A stretch of DNA of 64,000 nucleotides from Treponemataceae bacterium (GCA_963678065.2 CAXXVZ010000003.1:2112001-2176000); one strand, 5' to 3'; positions 27,914 through 39,825 are shown, counted from the stretch's first letter. A program made the numbers and translations. Notes: generated by a model not told the origin, from the letters alone.

Positions 27914-29236
27914 CTACAGGTTGCGGGATCGTATGTGCCCCTTGCGCACGAGGCCGTCATGATGGTGCATCTTGAGAAGCGCCTCAATCTGGGACATCGT
28001 GTCGAGGTCGACACCGACCAGGATCAGGAGCGAAGTACCTCCGAGGAGGTAGGCAAGCTGGCTCGGAAAATTGAACAGCTTCTGCACGAGACTCGGTATC
28101 AGCGCGATGAGCGCAAGGTACAGGGCTCCGGGCAATATGATCCTGTTCAGTATCCTCGTGAGGTGCTCTTCCATCTTGTCGCTTCGGATTCCCGGAATCG
28201 AACCGCCGTTTTCACGGATGTTCTTTGATATTTCCGCCGGATTCAACGAAACCTGCGTGTAAAAATAGGCGAAGAAGATGATGAAAGCGACATCCAGCGC
28301 GCTGTACCAGAAGCCCTGGGGTCTCAGCCAGTACGCGAAATCCCTGAGCCACTTCGCGTTTACGCCGAAACTCTGCGCGATCTGAAGCGGGAAAGTCAGA
28401 ATGCTCGAGGCGAAGATGACCGGGATAACTCCGGAAGGATTGATCTTGAACGGTATGTAGGTATTCTGGGCGCCGTACATCTTCCTGCCGACAACGCGTT
28501 TGGCGTAATTGACGGGAATCTTCCTCTGCCCCTGCTGTTCCATGACGACGAGGGCGACGACCGCCACGAACATCGCGATGACGACGATGGCATAGATGGC
28601 GTTGATTTCCCCATTCTGGATTTTCTTGATCAACTCATAGAAGGCATTGGGGAGCCTGGCTACTATTCCGGCAAAAATCAGAAGAGAGATTCCGTTTCCG
28701 ATCCCCCTCTTGGTGATCTGTTCGCCGATCCAGATCAGGAACATGGTGCCCGTCGTCACCGTAATTACGGCGACTATGGTATACATGAGCCTGGAGTTCA
28801 TCGCTATCGCGTTCGGGATCCTGTCGGCCCAGACAGTAACGGAGTAGGCCTGAATGATGCAGACTCCGATGGTGCCGAGCCTCGTCCAGCGGGCGATCTT
28901 CTTGCGACCGCCTTCCTCTTCCGCAACGCGCTTGAGCTTCGGGAAGACGATGAGCATGAGCTGCATGATGATCTGCATGCTGATATAGGGCATGACGCCC
29001 ATCATGAAGAGGGAGAAGTTCTTGAACGCGCCGCCGGCGAAGAAATCGAGATAGTCGGTAATCCCGCCAGAGCCGCCTGCCTGGCTGGCAAAATAGGACT
29101 GCAGCGCGCTCGCATTGATTCCCGGAATGGGAAGGAAAGCGCCGAGTCTGAATACTCCCAGCCAGAAAAGCGTGAACAGAATCCTTTCCCGGAGTTCCTT
29201 GATGCGGAAGATATCGGAAAGCGGATTGCCAGCCAT
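27914..29236 (-). CDS. secY: Preprotein translocase subunit SecY
   Basis: GVMPYISMQII, GIGNGISLLIFAGI, GVIPVIFASS, GGTSLLILVGV. Confidence 0.97.
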   Translation of the reverse strand: MAGNPLSDIFRIKELRERILFTLFWLGVFRLGAFLPIPGINASALQSYFASQAGGSGGITDYLDFFAGGAFKNFSLFMMGVMPYISMQIIMQLMLIVFPKLKRVAEEEGGRKKIARWTRLGTIGVCIIQAYSVTVWADRIPNAIAMNSRLMYTIVAVITVTTGTMFLIWIGEQITKRGIGNGISLLIFAGIVARLPNAFYELIKKIQNGEINAIYAIVVIAMFVAVVALVVMEQQGQRKIPVNYAKRVVGRKMYGAQNTYIPFKINPSGVIPVIFASSILTFPLQIAQSFGVNAKWLRDFAYWLRPQGFWYSALDVAFIIFFAYFYTQVSLNPAEISKNIRENGGSIPGIRSDKMEEHLTRILNRIILPGALYLALIALIPSLVQKLFNFPSQLAYLLGGTSLLILVGVDLDTMSQIEALLKMHHHDGLVRKGHIRSRNL

Positions 29237-29260
29237 GCTAAGCCTACCTTACGTTGCACA

Positions 29261-29719
29261 TCAGACGTTGACGTCGGAGGGTGTCTCCACCTTTCCGCCA
29301 GCATTCTCGATCTTGGCCTTCGCCGGAGCCGACACCTTATCAACCTGGAAGGTAAGGCCCACCGACAACTCGCCGTTGCCGAGAATCTTGATGAGTCCGG
29401 AAGCTTTTTTTACCAGCCCCTTCACGAGAAGAGAGGCCCCATCGACGATCTCTCCGGCTTCATAGCGGCCATCGATGTCGCAGAGGTTAACGACCTGCCA
29501 GTCTTTCTTGAAGATGTTGGTGAATCCGCGGTGGGGCAGGCGTCTGTAGAGAGGCATCTGTCCACCCTCGAATCCAGGGTAAGTCTTTCCGCCGGAGCGG
29601 GACTGCTGGCCTTTATTGCCCTTGCCGGCCGTGGTTCCGAGTCCGGAACCCTGACCACGCCCCACTATCCGTTTGCGCTTGTTGGCTCCCTCGGGAGCAT
29701 GGAGCATGTAATCGGACAT
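29261..29719 (-). CDS. rplO: 50S ribosomal protein L15
   Basis: GRGQGSG, FEGGQMPLYRRLP; ATG overlaps the rpmD stop. Confidence 0.95.
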   Translation of the reverse strand: MSDYMLHAPEGANKRKRIVGRGQGSGLGTTAGKGNKGQQSRSGGKTYPGFEGGQMPLYRRLPHRGFTNIFKKDWQVVNLCDIDGRYEAGEIVDGASLLVKGLVKKASGLIKILGNGELSVGLTFQVDKVSAPAKAKIENAGGKVETPSDVNV

Positions 29720-29904
29720 TAGTCGATCTCCTTGCATGAGACGAGGTGCTGGACCCTGGCCACCATTCCGAGAATGGCGGGGTTGGCATCCTTGATCGTC
29801 TTGGAGCTGATCTTCCTGAGGCCGAGCGAACGCACGGTCGCCCGCATCTGGGGTTTCTGGTGGATCGTGCTCTTAACCAGTGTGATTTCAATTTTCTTTG
29901 CCAT
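29719..29904 (-). CDS. rpmD: 50S ribosomal protein L30
   Basis: ITLVKSTI, SLGLRKI, GMVARVQHLV. Confidence 0.95.
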   Translation of the reverse strand: MAKKIEITLVKSTIHQKPQMRATVRSLGLRKISSKTIKDANPAILGMVARVQHLVSCKEID

Positions 29905-29907
29905 GAC

Positions 29908-30420
29908 TTAGCCCCACAGATCCTTCAGCGTCTTGCCGCGGTTTTTCGCGACAGCCTTGGCATCCATCAGCTTGCCCACTCCGTCGAATACGGCGCGGAC
30001 AATATTCATGGAGTTCCGGGATCCGACGCACTTGGAAAGGACATCGGTGACGCCGCCCGCTTCCATGATGGCGCGAACGGGGCCTCCGGCGATGATTCCG
30101 GATCCAGGACAAGCCGGTTTGATGAGCACTTTGGTAGCCTTGTATTCGCCGACGATTTCGTGCGGAACGGTACCAGCCTTTACGGGCATTTTGACCATCG
30201 CCCTCTTGGCTTTTTCAATGCTCTTCCTTATGGCTTCGGTGACGTCGTTCGCCTTACCGAAACCGAAGCCCACATTGCCGGAACGGTCGCCGACGACGGT
30301 CAGGGCGGAGAAGGAAAATCTCCGTCCACCCTTGACTACCTTAGCGGTCCTGTTCAGCTTGACGAGCTTCTCTACATTGTTGTCGCGCGATTGCGCGTCG
30401 TCTCTTCTATTCCTGTCCAC
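29908..30420 (-). CDS. rpsE: 30S ribosomal protein S5
   Basis: KVVKGGRRFSF, GIIAGGPVRA. Confidence 0.97.
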   Translation of the reverse strand: MDRNRRDDAQSRDNNVEKLVKLNRTAKVVKGGRRFSFSALTVVGDRSGNVGFGFGKANDVTEAIRKSIEKAKRAMVKMPVKAGTVPHEIVGEYKATKVLIKPACPGSGIIAGGPVRAIMEAGGVTDVLSKCVGSRNSMNIVRAVFDGVGKLMDAKAVAKNRGKTLKDLWG

Positions 30421-30432
30421 GAGGAGCTCCTC

Positions 30433-30798
30433 CTAGAATTGGATCCCGGCCTTGCGGGCGCCATCGGCTATTGCCTTGACGATGCCGTGATACTTGTATC
30501 CATTGCGGTCAAAGACCACGACGGAAACATTCTTTTCCTTGAGCCGCTTGCCGATCTCCTCGCCCAGTTTCGCTCCACCTTCAACAGTCCGCTTGATGTC
30601 CTTGAGCGCGGGCTCGAGGGTGCTGGCGGACACGATTGTGTTGCCGACGGAGTCGTCGATAACCTGGACGTAGAGATAGCGATTGGATTTGAAAACAGTC
30701 ATCCGCGGCTTCTCGGGAACTCCCTCGATATTCTTGCGGACGTGGATCTTCCGTTGCTCGCGTTTGCGAAGCTTATCGTTCAGTTCTTTAACGCTCAT
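30433..30798 (-). CDS. rplR: 50S ribosomal protein L18
   Basis: VVFDRNGYKYHG, ARKAGIQF. Confidence 0.96.
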   Translation of the reverse strand: MSVKELNDKLRKREQRKIHVRKNIEGVPEKPRMTVFKSNRYLYVQVIDDSVGNTIVSASTLEPALKDIKRTVEGGAKLGEEIGKRLKEKNVSVVVFDRNGYKYHGIVKAIADGARKAGIQF

Positions 30799-30808
30799 GC
30801 CTGCCGCC

Positions 30809-31351
30809 TCACTTCACACCGGTCTTGCCGACTTTCTTGCGGATCTTCTCGTCCTCGTACCTGATGCCCTTGCCCTTGTACGGTTCGGGAAGACGCAGAC
30901 CCCTGACTTCGCTGGCGAACTGTCCGACAAGCTGACGATCAAAACCGACGATAACAACCTTCTGGTTGTTCGCTTCGGTGGTCACAGTGAGCCCATCCGG
31001 AACGGCCACCACGAAATCGGTGGAATATCCGAGGCTCATGACAAGGAGCTTGCCTTGCACTTCGGCACGGTAGCCGACGCCGTTGATCACCAGGACTTTC
31101 TTGAAACCCTGGGAGACGCCTAACACCATGTTGTTGATCAGGTTACGATAGAGCCCATGGAAGGCCTTGGCCTGCTTGGTATCGTTCTTCCGGGTCACAA
31201 CGACGGTTCCGTCTTTGACGGCGATTTCGACTTCAGGAACGTAATCTTGGGACAACTTTCCCTTGGGCCCCTCGACGGTTACCTGGGTGGGATTCACAGT
31301 GACTTTCACACCCTGGGGAACCAGGACCGGCCGTATTCCGATTCTCGACAT
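30809..31351 (-). CDS. rplF: 50S ribosomal protein L6
   Basis: [16 protein letters not shown]. Confidence 0.97.
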   Translation of the reverse strand: MSRIGIRPVLVPQGVKVTVNPTQVTVEGPKGKLSQDYVPEVEIAVKDGTVVVTRKNDTKQAKAFHGLYRNLINNMVLGVSQGFKKVLVINGVGYRAEVQGKLLVMSLGYSTDFVVAVPDGLTVTTEANNQKVVIVGFDRQLVGQFASEVRGLRLPEPYKGKGIRYEDEKIRKKVGKTGVK

Positions 31352-31366
31352 GTATAGTACCCTCGG

Positions 31367-31765
31367 TTACCAAACGGTGCAGATAAGCTCGCCGCCGACT
31401 TTCTTCTCGACAGCCTTGCGTCCGGTCGTCACTCCCACAGAAGTGGAAACGATGAGGGCGCCATAGCCATTGAAGACGCGGGGAAGCTCTTTATACCCCG
31501 AATATACGCGGCGGCCGGGTTTGGAAACCTTGTCCACCCCGTGAAGGATGGGCTCGTTCGCTTCGTCGTATTTGAGGAATATGCGGATGACATTGGATCC
31601 CTCCGCCTGGATCTTCTTGAAGTTCTTGATAAAACCCTCAGTCTTGAGGATCTTGACAATTTCGAGCTTAAGCTTCGAGGTCGGAATATCGACCTTCTCA
31701 TGCCGTGCCGCGCTCGCGTTGCGGATTTTTGTCAGCATGTCCGCGATGGGATCGGAAACGCTCAT
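31367..31765 (-). CDS. rpsH: 30S ribosomal protein S8
   Basis: [29 protein letters not shown]. Confidence 0.97.
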   Translation of the reverse strand: MSVSDPIADMLTKIRNASAARHEKVDIPTSKLKLEIVKILKTEGFIKNFKKIQAEGSNVIRIFLKYDEANEPILHGVDKVSKPGRRVYSGYKELPRVFNGYGALIVSTSVGVTTGRKAVEKKVGGELICTVW

Positions 31766-31774
31766 CGCTACCTC

Positions 31775-31960
31775 CTACCAGCTCGACTTCGTCACGCCGG
31801 GAATCAGACCCTCGGAAGCAAGCTTCCGGAAGCAGATTCGGCACATATCGAACTTGCGTAAATACCCCCGCGCCCTGCCGCAAACCTTGCAGCGCCGGAC
31901 CGTGCGGGTCATGTATTTCGGCTTCTTCAAAGCCTTAAGAATCATCGCCTTGCGCGCCAT
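31775..31960 (-). CDS. rpsN: 30S ribosomal protein S14 type Z
   Basis: RCKVCGR...[14 protein letters not shown]. Confidence 0.96.
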   Translation of the reverse strand: MARKAMILKALKKPKYMTRTVRRCKVCGRARGYLRKFDMCRICFRKLASEGLIPGVTKSSW

Positions 31961-31971
31961 TTAAGCCTTCC

Positions 31972-32532
31972 TTACTTCCTGAAGGGCATGCCCATCTTGG
32001 CCAGGAGGGTTTTAGCCTCCCTGTCCGTTTTTGCGGTCGTAACGATCGCGATATTGAGACCCATTATCTTCTCGATCTTGTCGAAGTCGATCTCCGGAAA
32101 GATAATCTGCTCGTTGAGTCCGAGCGAGTAGTTTCCGTGACCGTCAAAGGCATTGGGATTGACGCCCCTGAAGTCCTTTACGCGGGGAAGCGCGACATTC
32201 ATGAGTCTGTCGAGGAATTCCCACATATAGTTTCCGCGGAGCGTGACGCGCGCACCGATTTCCTGTCCCTCGCGGATTTTAAAGGTCGCGATGGATTTCT
32301 TCGCCTTGGTCTTTACCGCATGCTGGCCCGTGATGTGTCCGATGTCTTCGACAGCCGCGTCGAGAATTTTTTTGTTCTCTTTCGCTTCTCCGACGCCCAT
32401 CGACACGACGACCTTCACGAACCTGGGCACCTGCATCATGGAAGTGTAGCCCAGCTCCTTGAAGAGCTCGGGAGCGATAGTTTCTCCGTATACTTTCTTG
32501 AGCCGGGGAACGGTATTCTTCTTCTCGGCCAT
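31972..32532 (-). CDS. rplE: 50S ribosomal protein L5
   Basis: [24 protein letters not shown]. Confidence 0.96.
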   Translation of the reverse strand: MAEKKNTVPRLKKVYGETIAPELFKELGYTSMMQVPRFVKVVVSMGVGEAKENKKILDAAVEDIGHITGQHAVKTKAKKSIATFKIREGQEIGARVTLRGNYMWEFLDRLMNVALPRVKDFRGVNPNAFDGHGNYSLGLNEQIIFPEIDFDKIEKIMGLNIAIVTTAKTDREAKTLLAKMGMPFRK

Positions 32533-32533
32533 A

Positions 32534-32851
32534 TCAGATGACCTCCCCGCACTTGCGGCAGACACGCTTCTTGACATCGCCATCGAGCTTGTAGCCCAAC
32601 CGGACGGGTCCGCACTTCTTGCAGACAATCATGATGTTGGAAAGATCGATCGAAGCTTCGATCTCGGCAATGCCACCACGATCGGTCTGCTTTCGCTTCT
32701 TCATGGCCTTTTTGACCATGTTGACGCCGGCCACGATCGCACGACCCTTATCGGTGTCGACCTTGACGATCTTCCCCTGCTTTCCCTTGTCCTTGCCGGC
32801 TATGACCTGGACGAGGTCCTCCTTTCGGAGCTTATACTTGATCTCGGCCAT
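32534..32851 (-). CDS. rplX: 50S ribosomal protein L24
   Basis: [14 protein letters not shown] motif; C-terminal CKKC/CRKC. Confidence 0.96.
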   Translation of the reverse strand: MAEIKYKLRKEDLVQVIAGKDKGKQGKIVKVDTDKGRAIVAGVNMVKKAMKKRKQTDRGGIAEIEASIDLSNIMIVCKKCGPVRLGYKLDGDVKKRVCRKCGEVI

Positions 32852-32862
32852 CCCCTGACTCC

Positions 32863-33231
32863 TTACAGGACCTCGGGCGCGAGGGATACAATTTTCATGT
32901 AATCCTTCTCACGGAGCTCGCGAGCTACCGGCCCGAAAATGCGCTTCCCCTTGGGATTCTTGTTCGCATCGATGATGACGCATGCGTTGTCGTCGAAACG
33001 AATGTATGTTCCGTCCGGGCGGCGATATTCCTTGTGCGTGCGCACAACGACCGCTTTTTCGATAGTTCCCTTCTTGATCGCGGAGTTGGCAATGGTCGTC
33101 TTTATCGCAACGACGATGATATCGCCTATCCTCGCATATCTTCTGTGGGTGCCACCGAGAACCTTGATAACCTGAACCGTTTTGGCTCCGGAATTGTCGG
33201 CGACGACCAGTTTTGATTCAACTTGTACCAT
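32863..33231 (-). CDS. rplN: 50S ribosomal protein L14
   Basis: [26 protein letters not shown]. Confidence 0.97.
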   Translation of the reverse strand: MVQVESKLVVADNSGAKTVQVIKVLGGTHRRYARIGDIIVVAIKTTIANSAIKKGTIEKAVVVRTHKEYRRPDGTYIRFDDNACVIIDANKNPKGKRIFGPVARELREKDYMKIVSLAPEVL

Positions 33232-33249
33232 ATCTGTATCCCCGTCGCC

Positions 33250-33522
33250 TTATTTCGCTCTCTCGACGATTTCCGCCAGACGCCAGCGCTTGTCGCGCGA
33301 AAGCGGGCGGCACTCGACCACACGGACGGTGTCGCCGATGTGGGCCTGATTGGTCTCGTCGTGAGCCTTGATCTTCTTGGACCTGTTCACGTACTTCTTG
33401 TAGAGAGGGTGCAGCTTCCGCATCATGATCTCGACGACAATAGTTTTGGACATCTTGTCGCTGACCACGATCCCCTGAAGTTCCTGCCGGCCCTTCACTT
33501 CTTTCTGAACGTCGTTTTCCAC
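33250..33522 (-). CDS. rpsQ: 30S ribosomal protein S17
   Basis: [28 protein letters not shown]. Confidence 0.96.
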   Translation of the reverse strand: MENDVQKEVKGRQELQGIVVSDKMSKTIVVEIMMRKLHPLYKKYVNRSKKIKAHDETNQAHIGDTVRVVECRPLSRDKRWRLAEIVERAK

Positions 33523-33537
33523 GTTCGTCTCCTCGGA

Positions 33538-33735
33538 CTAGCGCGCCAACCCGGCGGCTTGCTGACGGATGAGGGTCTCGACCCGGGCGATCTGGCGCCT
33601 GATATTACGCTTCTGGAGGGGGTTTTCCACGTGGCCAACCACCATCTGGAAGCGCAGGTCGAAATATTTCTTCTTGAGCTCTTCCCTTTTCAGGATGAGC
33701 TCTTCATGCTTGAGCTCTTTGAATGAGTTCTTCAT
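33538..33735 (-). CDS. rpmC: 50S ribosomal protein L29
   Basis: YFDLRFQ, RRQIARVET. Confidence 0.94.
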   Translation of the reverse strand: MKNSFKELKHEELILKREELKKKYFDLRFQMVVGHVENPLQKRNIRRQIARVETLIRQQAAGLAR

Positions 33736-33739
33736 TTCC

Positions 33740-34156
33740 TCACTCCGTTTCCGCGCGGAGCGCGAACTTTGTCTTGACGGGAAGCTTGGAACCCGCAAGG
33801 CGCATGGCCTCTTCGGCCACTTTGGCTTCTACGCCGGACAGCTCGAAGAGCACGGTCCCGGGACGGACTACGGCGACCCAATACTCGAGCGCTCCCTTTC
33901 CTTTACCCATGCGGGTTTCCGCAGGCTTCTTGCTGTAGGGCTTGTCAGGGAAAATTCGGATCCAGAGCTTTCCGCCGCGCTTTATGTACCTATTGAGGGC
34001 CACGCGCGCCGCTTCGATCTGCCTGTTGGTCAGCCATTCGGGCTCGAGACAGACCAAACCGTATTCACCGAAGGCGATAGTATCGCCGGTGTGGGCATTG
34101 CCATGAACTCTTCCGCGCTGCTGCTTGCGGTATTTTACTCTCTTGGGACTCAGCAT
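33740..34156 (-). CDS. rplP: 50S ribosomal protein L16
   Basis: [20 protein letters not shown]. Confidence 0.97.
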   Translation of the reverse strand: MLSPKRVKYRKQQRGRVHGNAHTGDTIAFGEYGLVCLEPEWLTNRQIEAARVALNRYIKRGGKLWIRIFPDKPYSKKPAETRMGKGKGALEYWVAVVRPGTVLFELSGVEAKVAEEAMRLAGSKLPVKTKFALRAETE

Positions 34157-34159
34157 GAT

Positions 34160-34933
34160 TTAGCTCCTCGCCCTCGCCTCAAACGGGCGTCCTTCGCCGC
34201 GGGGCGGGCGCCTGTCCGGGCGATCTCCGCGTTCAGGGCGATCATCGTGATCGCGGCGCTGCTTGCGGACAAGGGTACCGGCATCTTCGTTTTTGTCGCT
34301 TCGGTAGACCATCCCCTGGTAAATCCACACTTTGACGCCAATCTTGCCGAAGGTAGTGGAAGATTCGGCAAAGCCGTAATCGATATCGGCCCTGAGCGTG
34401 TGAAGAGGAACGCGTCCGTCCTTGTGCTGCTCCGTCCTGGACATGTCAGCGCCACCGAGGCGGCCGGAGACGCGGATCTTGCAACCCTGTGCACCGCCCT
34501 TCATGGCATTCGCGACAGCCATTTTAATCGCCTTGCGGAAAGAACCGCGGTTCTCAAGCTGGCGAGCGATGGATTGTGCCACAACCTGTGCATTTGTGTC
34601 CGTCTTCTTGATCTCTTTGATCTTGATCTGGACTTTTTTGGTCGCGACCTTCTGAAGCTCGGCACCGATCTTCTCGATGTTGGCACCCTTCACGCCGATG
34701 AGGACTCCGGGACGGGCAGTGTGGATAACTACCGTGACCCGCTGGGGGTGGCGAACAATCTCGATTTCGGCAATCTCGGAACCCTTGGTTTCAGGGAGTT
34801 CGTTGATCCGCCTGCGGATCGCGAGGTCCTCATGGAGAGTCTTGGCATAGTCGCGCGGGTCGACGTACCAGCGGGACTTCCAGTCCTTGTTAATCCCTAA
34901 TCGTAATCCGATAGGATTTACTTTCTGGCCCAC
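34160..34933 (-). CDS. rpsC: 30S ribosomal protein S3
   Basis: [27 protein letters not shown]. Confidence 0.97.
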   Translation of the reverse strand: MGQKVNPIGLRLGINKDWKSRWYVDPRDYAKTLHEDLAIRRRINELPETKGSEIAEIEIVRHPQRVTVVIHTARPGVLIGVKGANIEKIGAELQKVATKKVQIKIKEIKKTDTNAQVVAQSIARQLENRGSFRKAIKMAVANAMKGGAQGCKIRVSGRLGGADMSRTEQHKDGRVPLHTLRADIDYGFAESSTTFGKIGVKVWIYQGMVYRSDKNEDAGTLVRKQRRDHDDRPERGDRPDRRPPRGEGRPFEARARS

Positions 34934-34934
34934 G

Positions 34935-35300
34935 TTACGCCTCCACCTTTCCGATCTCGTCGATTACGCACGTGATGTGAGACATCCGTTTAATTAGCAT
35001 GTCGGCGCGCCCGCGGGCACGGAACCAGACACGCTTCATGCGCGGACCTTCGTCGATTCTCAGCTCTTTGACGTAGAGCATGTCCTCCGCCAGCTTGCGG
35101 TTCTGGCTAAGGGCGTTGGACGCCGCGGAAACCACGACTTTCTTGATAAGCCTGGCTCCCTTGTTCGGCGTGTTGTCAAGGATGGCGATGGCCTCTGCGT
35201 AGGGCTTCGTCCTGACAAGATCCGCCACAGGGCGAACCTTTGAGGGTGAAGCGATAAGCCATTTGGCCGTCGCGCGGTAACCGGTCTTGGTTGCTGCCAT
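34935..35300 (-). CDS. rplV: 50S ribosomal protein L22
   Basis: [23 protein letters not shown]. Confidence 0.95.
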   Translation of the reverse strand: MAATKTGYRATAKWLIASPSKVRPVADLVRTKPYAEAIAILDNTPNKGARLIKKVVVSAASNALSQNRKLAEDMLYVKELRIDEGPRMKRVWFRARGRADMLIKRMSHITCVIDEIGKVEA

Positions 35301-35308
35301 TATCGCGC

Positions 35309-35590
35309 CTACCTCTTCTCGGCCTTCTTGTCGCTGCCCGCATGACCGCGGAAAACCCGCGTGGGCGCGAACTCGCCAAGCTTGTGACCGACGAGATTCT
35401 CGGTCACATAGACCGGGACCCAAGTCTTGCCGTTGTAAACCGAAATAGTCTGACTGACCATCTCGGGAATGATGGTGGAAGTGCGGGAGTAGGTTTTCAC
35501 CATCTTCTTATCTCCCGCCTTGTTCATCTCAATAACCTTCTTGTACAGGCTCTTCTCGATGAAGGGCCCCTTTTTTACGGACCTTGACAC
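35309..35590 (-). CDS. rpsS: 30S ribosomal protein S19
   Basis: [19 protein letters not shown]. Confidence 0.97.
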   Translation of the reverse strand: MSRSVKKGPFIEKSLYKKVIEMNKAGDKKMVKTYSRTSTIIPEMVSQTISVYNGKTWVPVYVTENLVGHKLGEFAPTRVFRGHAGSDKKAEKR

Positions 35591-35604
35591 AGTTCGCTCC
35601 TATC

Positions 35605-36435
35605 TCACTTACGGCGCTTGACGATGAAGCGGCTGGACGGCTTGTGCACATCGCGCGTCTTGTAGCCCTTCGCCGGCTGGCCCCACGGGGAGACCGGCTG
35701 CTTGAAGCCCTTGCCACGTCCCTCTCCACCTCCGTGCGGGTGGTCGACCGGGTTCATGACGGTTCCGCGAACGGTGGGTCTGATTCCGAGCCAGCGGTTG
35801 CGTCCCGCCTTTCCGATCCGTTCGTTCATGTGCTCTTCGTTTCCGACGGCGCCGATGGTGGCCATGCACTTCTTGAACACCATGCGGAGTTCCCCGGAGG
35901 GGAGCTTGAGCACGACATAATCGCCCTCTTTGGCCGCGATGAGGGCACTTGCGCCTGCGGAGCGGGCGAGCTGCCCACCCTTGCCGAGGGTGAGTTCCAC
36001 GTTGTGGACCGTGAGACCGACGGGGATGAACTCGAGCGGCAGAGCGTTGCCCGGCTCGATGGCTGCATCGGGACCGGACACTATCTTCTTGCCAACGACG
36101 AGGTCTTTCGGAGCGATAATGTAGCGCTTCTCTCCGTCTGCATAGATGATGAGCGCAATGTTCGAACTCCGGTTGGGATCGTACTCTATGGCAGTGACGA
36201 TCCCGGGGATTCCCGTCTTATCGCGCTTGAAGTCGATGTCGCGATAGCGGCGTTTATGACCGCCACCATGGTGCCGCACGGAGATGCGCCCATTGGACGC
36301 ACGACCACCAGTGCTCGACTTACCCTTCGTAAGAGATTTTTCGGGCATGCTCTTATTGGTGGTGATCTCATCGTTCACCACCTGCACGCGATGCCGGAGG
36401 CCGGGCGTGATAGGCCTGAAAGTCTTTATACCCAT
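35605..36435 (-). CDS. rplB: 50S ribosomal protein L2
   Basis: [21 protein letters not shown]. Confidence 0.97.
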   Translation of the reverse strand: MGIKTFRPITPGLRHRVQVVNDEITTNKSMPEKSLTKGKSSTGGRASNGRISVRHHGGGHKRRYRDIDFKRDKTGIPGIVTAIEYDPNRSSNIALIIYADGEKRYIIAPKDLVVGKKIVSGPDAAIEPGNALPLEFIPVGLTVHNVELTLGKGGQLARSAGASALIAAKEGDYVVLKLPSGELRMVFKKCMATIGAVGNEEHMNERIGKAGRNRWLGIRPTVRGTVMNPVDHPHGGGEGRGKGFKQPVSPWGQPAKGYKTRDVHKPSSRFIVKRRK

Positions 36436-36450
36436 AATTTCCCCTTACGC

Positions 36451-36735
36451 TTATGCGCCCTCGAAGATCTTGATCGTCTCTCCGGCCCGGAGGCGGACGA
36501 TCGCCTTCTTCCACTCGGCTGTCTTGCCGGGGCGACCCCGCAGCCGCTTGGGCTTGGATGTCACATTGATTACGTTGCAGGAAACCGGATGCACATTGAA
36601 CATCCTGCGCACAGCCTCCATTATCTGGATTTTTCCCGCGCGGGGATCAACCCTGAATGTATACTGTCCAAGTTCCCTGATGACATTGCTCTTTTCCGTG
36701 AGCACGGGTTCGATCAGAATCGAATCGTATTCCAT
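36451..36735 (-). CDS. rplW: 50S ribosomal protein L23
   Basis: PVLTEKS, WKKAIVRL. Confidence 0.96.
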   Translation of the reverse strand: MEYDSILIEPVLTEKSNVIRELGQYTFRVDPRAGKIQIMEAVRRMFNVHPVSCNVINVTSKPKRLRGRPGKTAEWKKAIVRLRAGETIKIFEGA

Positions 36736-36746
36736 ATTCCGGCTCC

Positions 36747-37382
36747 TTACTTGTCCGCGTAGAACTCGTTGAGTTCATTGGCGGCCGAGGCGAGGACAAT
36801 CACTTTCCGGCCGTAGAAGAGATCGTGCGCCCTCAACCTGTTGAATGACAGGAAGCTGAGCCAGGGAAGATTCCTTCCAGCGCGCTTTATCCGGGCATCG
36901 TCATCTTTGAGGATGACGACAGTGCGCTGAGGATTCGCCTGATCGACAAATGAAGCGAGTTTCGCGGCGAGATCCTTGGTCTTCCCGGACTCTACCGTGA
37001 AATCCTCGACAACGGTCATGGTGCCATTCTGTGCCTTGAGACTCAGAATCGTCTTCAGGGCGAGCCTCTTGGCCTTGCGGGGCATCTGATAGGAGTAATC
37101 CCTGGGCTTGGGGCCAAAGCTGATACCTCCGCCGACGTAAACGTTGGACTTGGTATCGCCGTGGCGCGCACGGCCGGTGCCTTTCTGGCTGTACGGCCTG
37201 CGGTTGGTGCCATGAACTTCTCCGCGATCTTTCGTGCAGGCAGTGCCGACGCGGGCATTCGCGAGTTCGTTGTTGATCGCATAGTAGATAACATCTTCAT
37301 TAATGGGGAGACCGAATACGGCTTCGGAAAGCTCAACAGTCCCGAGCTCCTTCCCCTGCAAGGAAATTATTTTCCTTTCCAT
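36747..37382 (-). CDS. rplD: 50S ribosomal protein L4
   Basis: QKGTGRARHG, GGGISFGPKPR. Confidence 0.96.
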   Translation of the reverse strand: MERKIISLQGKELGTVELSEAVFGLPINEDVIYYAINNELANARVGTACTKDRGEVHGTNRRPYSQKGTGRARHGDTKSNVYVGGGISFGPKPRDYSYQMPRKAKRLALKTILSLKAQNGTMTVVEDFTVESGKTKDLAAKLASFVDQANPQRTVVILKDDDARIKRAGRNLPWLSFLSFNRLRAHDLFYGRKVIVLASAANELNEFYADK

Positions 37383-37396
37383 TGGGTCCTCCGCCT

Positions 37397-38020
37397 TCAG
37401 CTCTTCTTGACGGCGCTGCGCACGACAACGTCGCAATTGCGCGGACCGGGAACGGCACCGCGAATCAGAATACAACCCTTTTCGGCGTCCACGCGGACAA
37501 CCCTGAGGTTCTGAACAGTCACCTTCTCGCGGCCCATGCGCCCGGGAAGCTTGACATTCTTGAAAGTGCGATGAGGCCAGGTACTCTGTCCGGTGGAACC
37601 AGGTTCACGATGAAACTTGGAACCGTGAGTGGCACGTCCGCCTCCGAATTTCCAGCGTTTTACGACGCCCTGAAAACCCTTTCCCTTTGAGGTAGCCGTT
37701 ACGTCGACATAGCGGATTCCCTCGAGGGTCGCGACATCGAGGCTATCGCCGACAGCAACTTCCTTCTCAAAATCCCGCAGCTCCTTAAGTATCCTTTTGG
37801 GAATTACAGGCTGGGGAAACTGTCCCGCGTAGGGCTTGGTAATCTGCACTTTCTTCTTGTCATACACACCGAGAACGACGGCGTTGTATCCATCCTTGTC
37901 GGCCACTTTTTTCCCGACAACGACGTTCGGCGCAATCTGCACCACCGTCACCGGTATGAGTTTCCCGGTCTGGTCAAAGACCTGGGTCATACCGACCTTC
38001 TTTCCGATAAGTCCGATCAT
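37397..38020 (-). CDS. rplC: 50S ribosomal protein L3
   Basis: GKKVGMTQVF, SKGKGFQG, GAVPG. Confidence 0.97.
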   Translation of the reverse strand: MIGLIGKKVGMTQVFDQTGKLIPVTVVQIAPNVVVGKKVADKDGYNAVVLGVYDKKKVQITKPYAGQFPQPVIPKRILKELRDFEKEVAVGDSLDVATLEGIRYVDVTATSKGKGFQGVVKRWKFGGGRATHGSKFHREPGSTGQSTWPHRTFKNVKLPGRMGREKVTVQNLRVVRVDAEKGCILIRGAVPGPRNCDVVVRSAVKKS

Positions 38021-38095
38021 TCGGCACTCCTAGCGTTGAACGGTCCAGGCACAAAGCCCGATCGTTTACTGCTGACAAAACAACAAGCGAAAAGC

Positions 38096-38401
38096 TTACT
38101 GTTTGATCTCTACATCCACACCTGCAGGAAGCTCAAGCTTCATGAGAGCGTCCATGACATCCGGCGTAGGATCGATGATATCGATCAGACGCTTATGGGT
38201 CCTCATCTCGAACTGCTCACGCGATTTCTTATGAACATGCGGTGAACGCAGTACGGTGATCTTGTTGATGCGCGTAGGAAGCGGTATCGGTCCCGAAACC
38301 TTGGCACCCGCCTTCTGAACGGTCTGAACAATACCACGGGCGCTGTCGTCGATAAGACGCACATCAAACCCTCTGAGCCTGACGCGAATTCTGTCCTTCA
38401 T
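38096..38401 (-). CDS. rpsJ: 30S ribosomal protein S10
   Basis: [22 protein letters not shown]. Confidence 0.97.
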   Translation of the reverse strand: MKDRIRVRLRGFDVRLIDDSARGIVQTVQKAGAKVSGPIPLPTRINKITVLRSPHVHKKSREQFEMRTHKRLIDIIDPTPDVMDALMKLELPAGVDVEIKQ

Positions 38402-38550
38402 GTGTCCTCCAAAGATCTCTTGCACAGGCATCGGTTGATCGTACCCGGGAGGGCGCATCATCCAATCACAATGCCGCAGGACCTTAGGGAGGCCCTGCCA
38501 CTATCAGTGCGGAACCCCCTTGCGGGGGTTCCACCAAAGAAACAGCTACG

Positions 38551-39741
38551 TTATGCGATGATCTCGGTAACCTGTCCGGAAGCCACAGTGCGTCCACCCT
38601 CACGGATGGCGAACTTGAGCCCCTTCTCCATGGCGATTGGATAGATCAGCTCGACAATGATCTCCGTGTTATCGCCAGGCATGACCATCTCCTTGCCCTC
38701 GGGAAGAGTGACAGTTCCAGTGATGTCCGTCGTGCGGAAGAAGAACTGGGGCCTGTAGCCAGCAAAGAACGGGCTATGGCGTCCACCTTCTTTCTGATCA
38801 AGGCAGTAGATCTGACCCCTGAACTTGGCATGAGGCGTGATTGAGCCGGGTTTTGCAAGAACCTGCCCGCGCTCGACTTCCTTCTTATCCACACCCCGAA
38901 GAAGAGTTCCGACGTTATCGCCGGCCTGACCTTCATCGAGAAGCTTGTTGAACATCTCGACGCCCGTGACGACCGTCGCGCGCGTCGGCTTGATACCGAC
39001 GACCTCGACGTTGTCGTTTACATGGATAATACCGCGCTCGATACGGCCAGTGACGACAGTTCCACGTCCGGAGATGGAGAAGACGTCCTCAATGGGCATC
39101 AGGAAGGGCTTGTCGGTAACACGCTCGGGGTCAGGGAAGAAGGTATCCATAGCATCGAGGAGTTCCTGAATGCACTTGGTCGCCTCGGGATTGTCGGGCT
39201 CAGAGAGGGCTTTAAATGCCGCACCCTTGATGATCGGGGTCGTGCTTCCAGGGAACTTCTGAAAGGTAAGAAGATCGCGAACCTCTTCCTCGACAAGCTC
39301 GACAAGCTCAGGATCATCGACGAGGTCAACCTTGTTCAGGAAGACAAGAATCGAAGGAACGCCGACCTGGCGGGCAAGAAGGACATGCTCGCGAGTCTGT
39401 GGCATGACAGAGTCGGGAGCCGAAACAACGAGAATGGCACCATCCATCTGCGCGGCGCCGGTGATCATGTTCTTGATGTAGTCGGCATGCCCGGGGCAGT
39501 CGATGTGAGCGTAGTGGCGCTTTGCAGACTGATACTCGAGATGCCTGGTGTTGATGGTGATACCGCGAGCCTTCTCTTCAGGGGCGTTGTCGATGTCATC
39601 GAACTTCATCGCCTTGTCGCCGAACTTGCGCGAGCAGTACTGCGTGATGGCAGCGCTGAGCGTCGTCTTACCATGGTCGATGTGTCCGATGGTGCCAACG
39701 TTCATATGGGGCTTGGTCCGATCGAATTTTTCTTTAGCCAT
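38551..39741 (-). CDS. tuf: Elongation factor Tu
   Basis: [35 protein letters not shown]. Confidence 0.98.
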   Translation of the reverse strand: MAKEKFDRTKPHMNVGTIGHIDHGKTTLSAAITQYCSRKFGDKAMKFDDIDNAPEEKARGITINTRHLEYQSAKRHYAHIDCPGHADYIKNMITGAAQMDGAILVVSAPDSVMPQTREHVLLARQVGVPSILVFLNKVDLVDDPELVELVEEEVRDLLTFQKFPGSTTPIIKGAAFKALSEPDNPEATKCIQELLDAMDTFFPDPERVTDKPFLMPIEDVFSISGRGTVVTGRIERGIIHVNDNVEVVGIKPTRATVVTGVEMFNKLLDEGQAGDNVGTLLRGVDKKEVERGQVLAKPGSITPHAKFRGQIYCLDQKEGGRHSPFFAGYRPQFFFRTTDITGTVTLPEGKEMVMPGDNTEIIVELIYPIAMEKGLKFAIREGGRTVASGQVTEIIA

Positions 39742-39796
39742 ATGCTTCTCCTCTTTGGCTTCGTATCGCCAAATATTTTCTTGGGTGGGCTTATGG

Positions 39797-39825
39797 ATTA
39801 TAAAGAAAGAGAACAGGCTGTGCAA
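39797..39825 (-). promoter_or_regulatory. Putative sigma70 promoter of tuf and the downstream S10 operon
   Basis: TTGCAC-17nt-TATAAT, about 55 nt upstream of tuf. Confidence 0.7.

Noticed and set aside
38508..38534. GGAACCCCC-TTGC-GGGGGTTCC hairpin after tuf as a terminator
   Set aside because: No U-tract follows on the coding (minus) strand; more likely a stabilising or leader hairpin with read-through into rpsJ.
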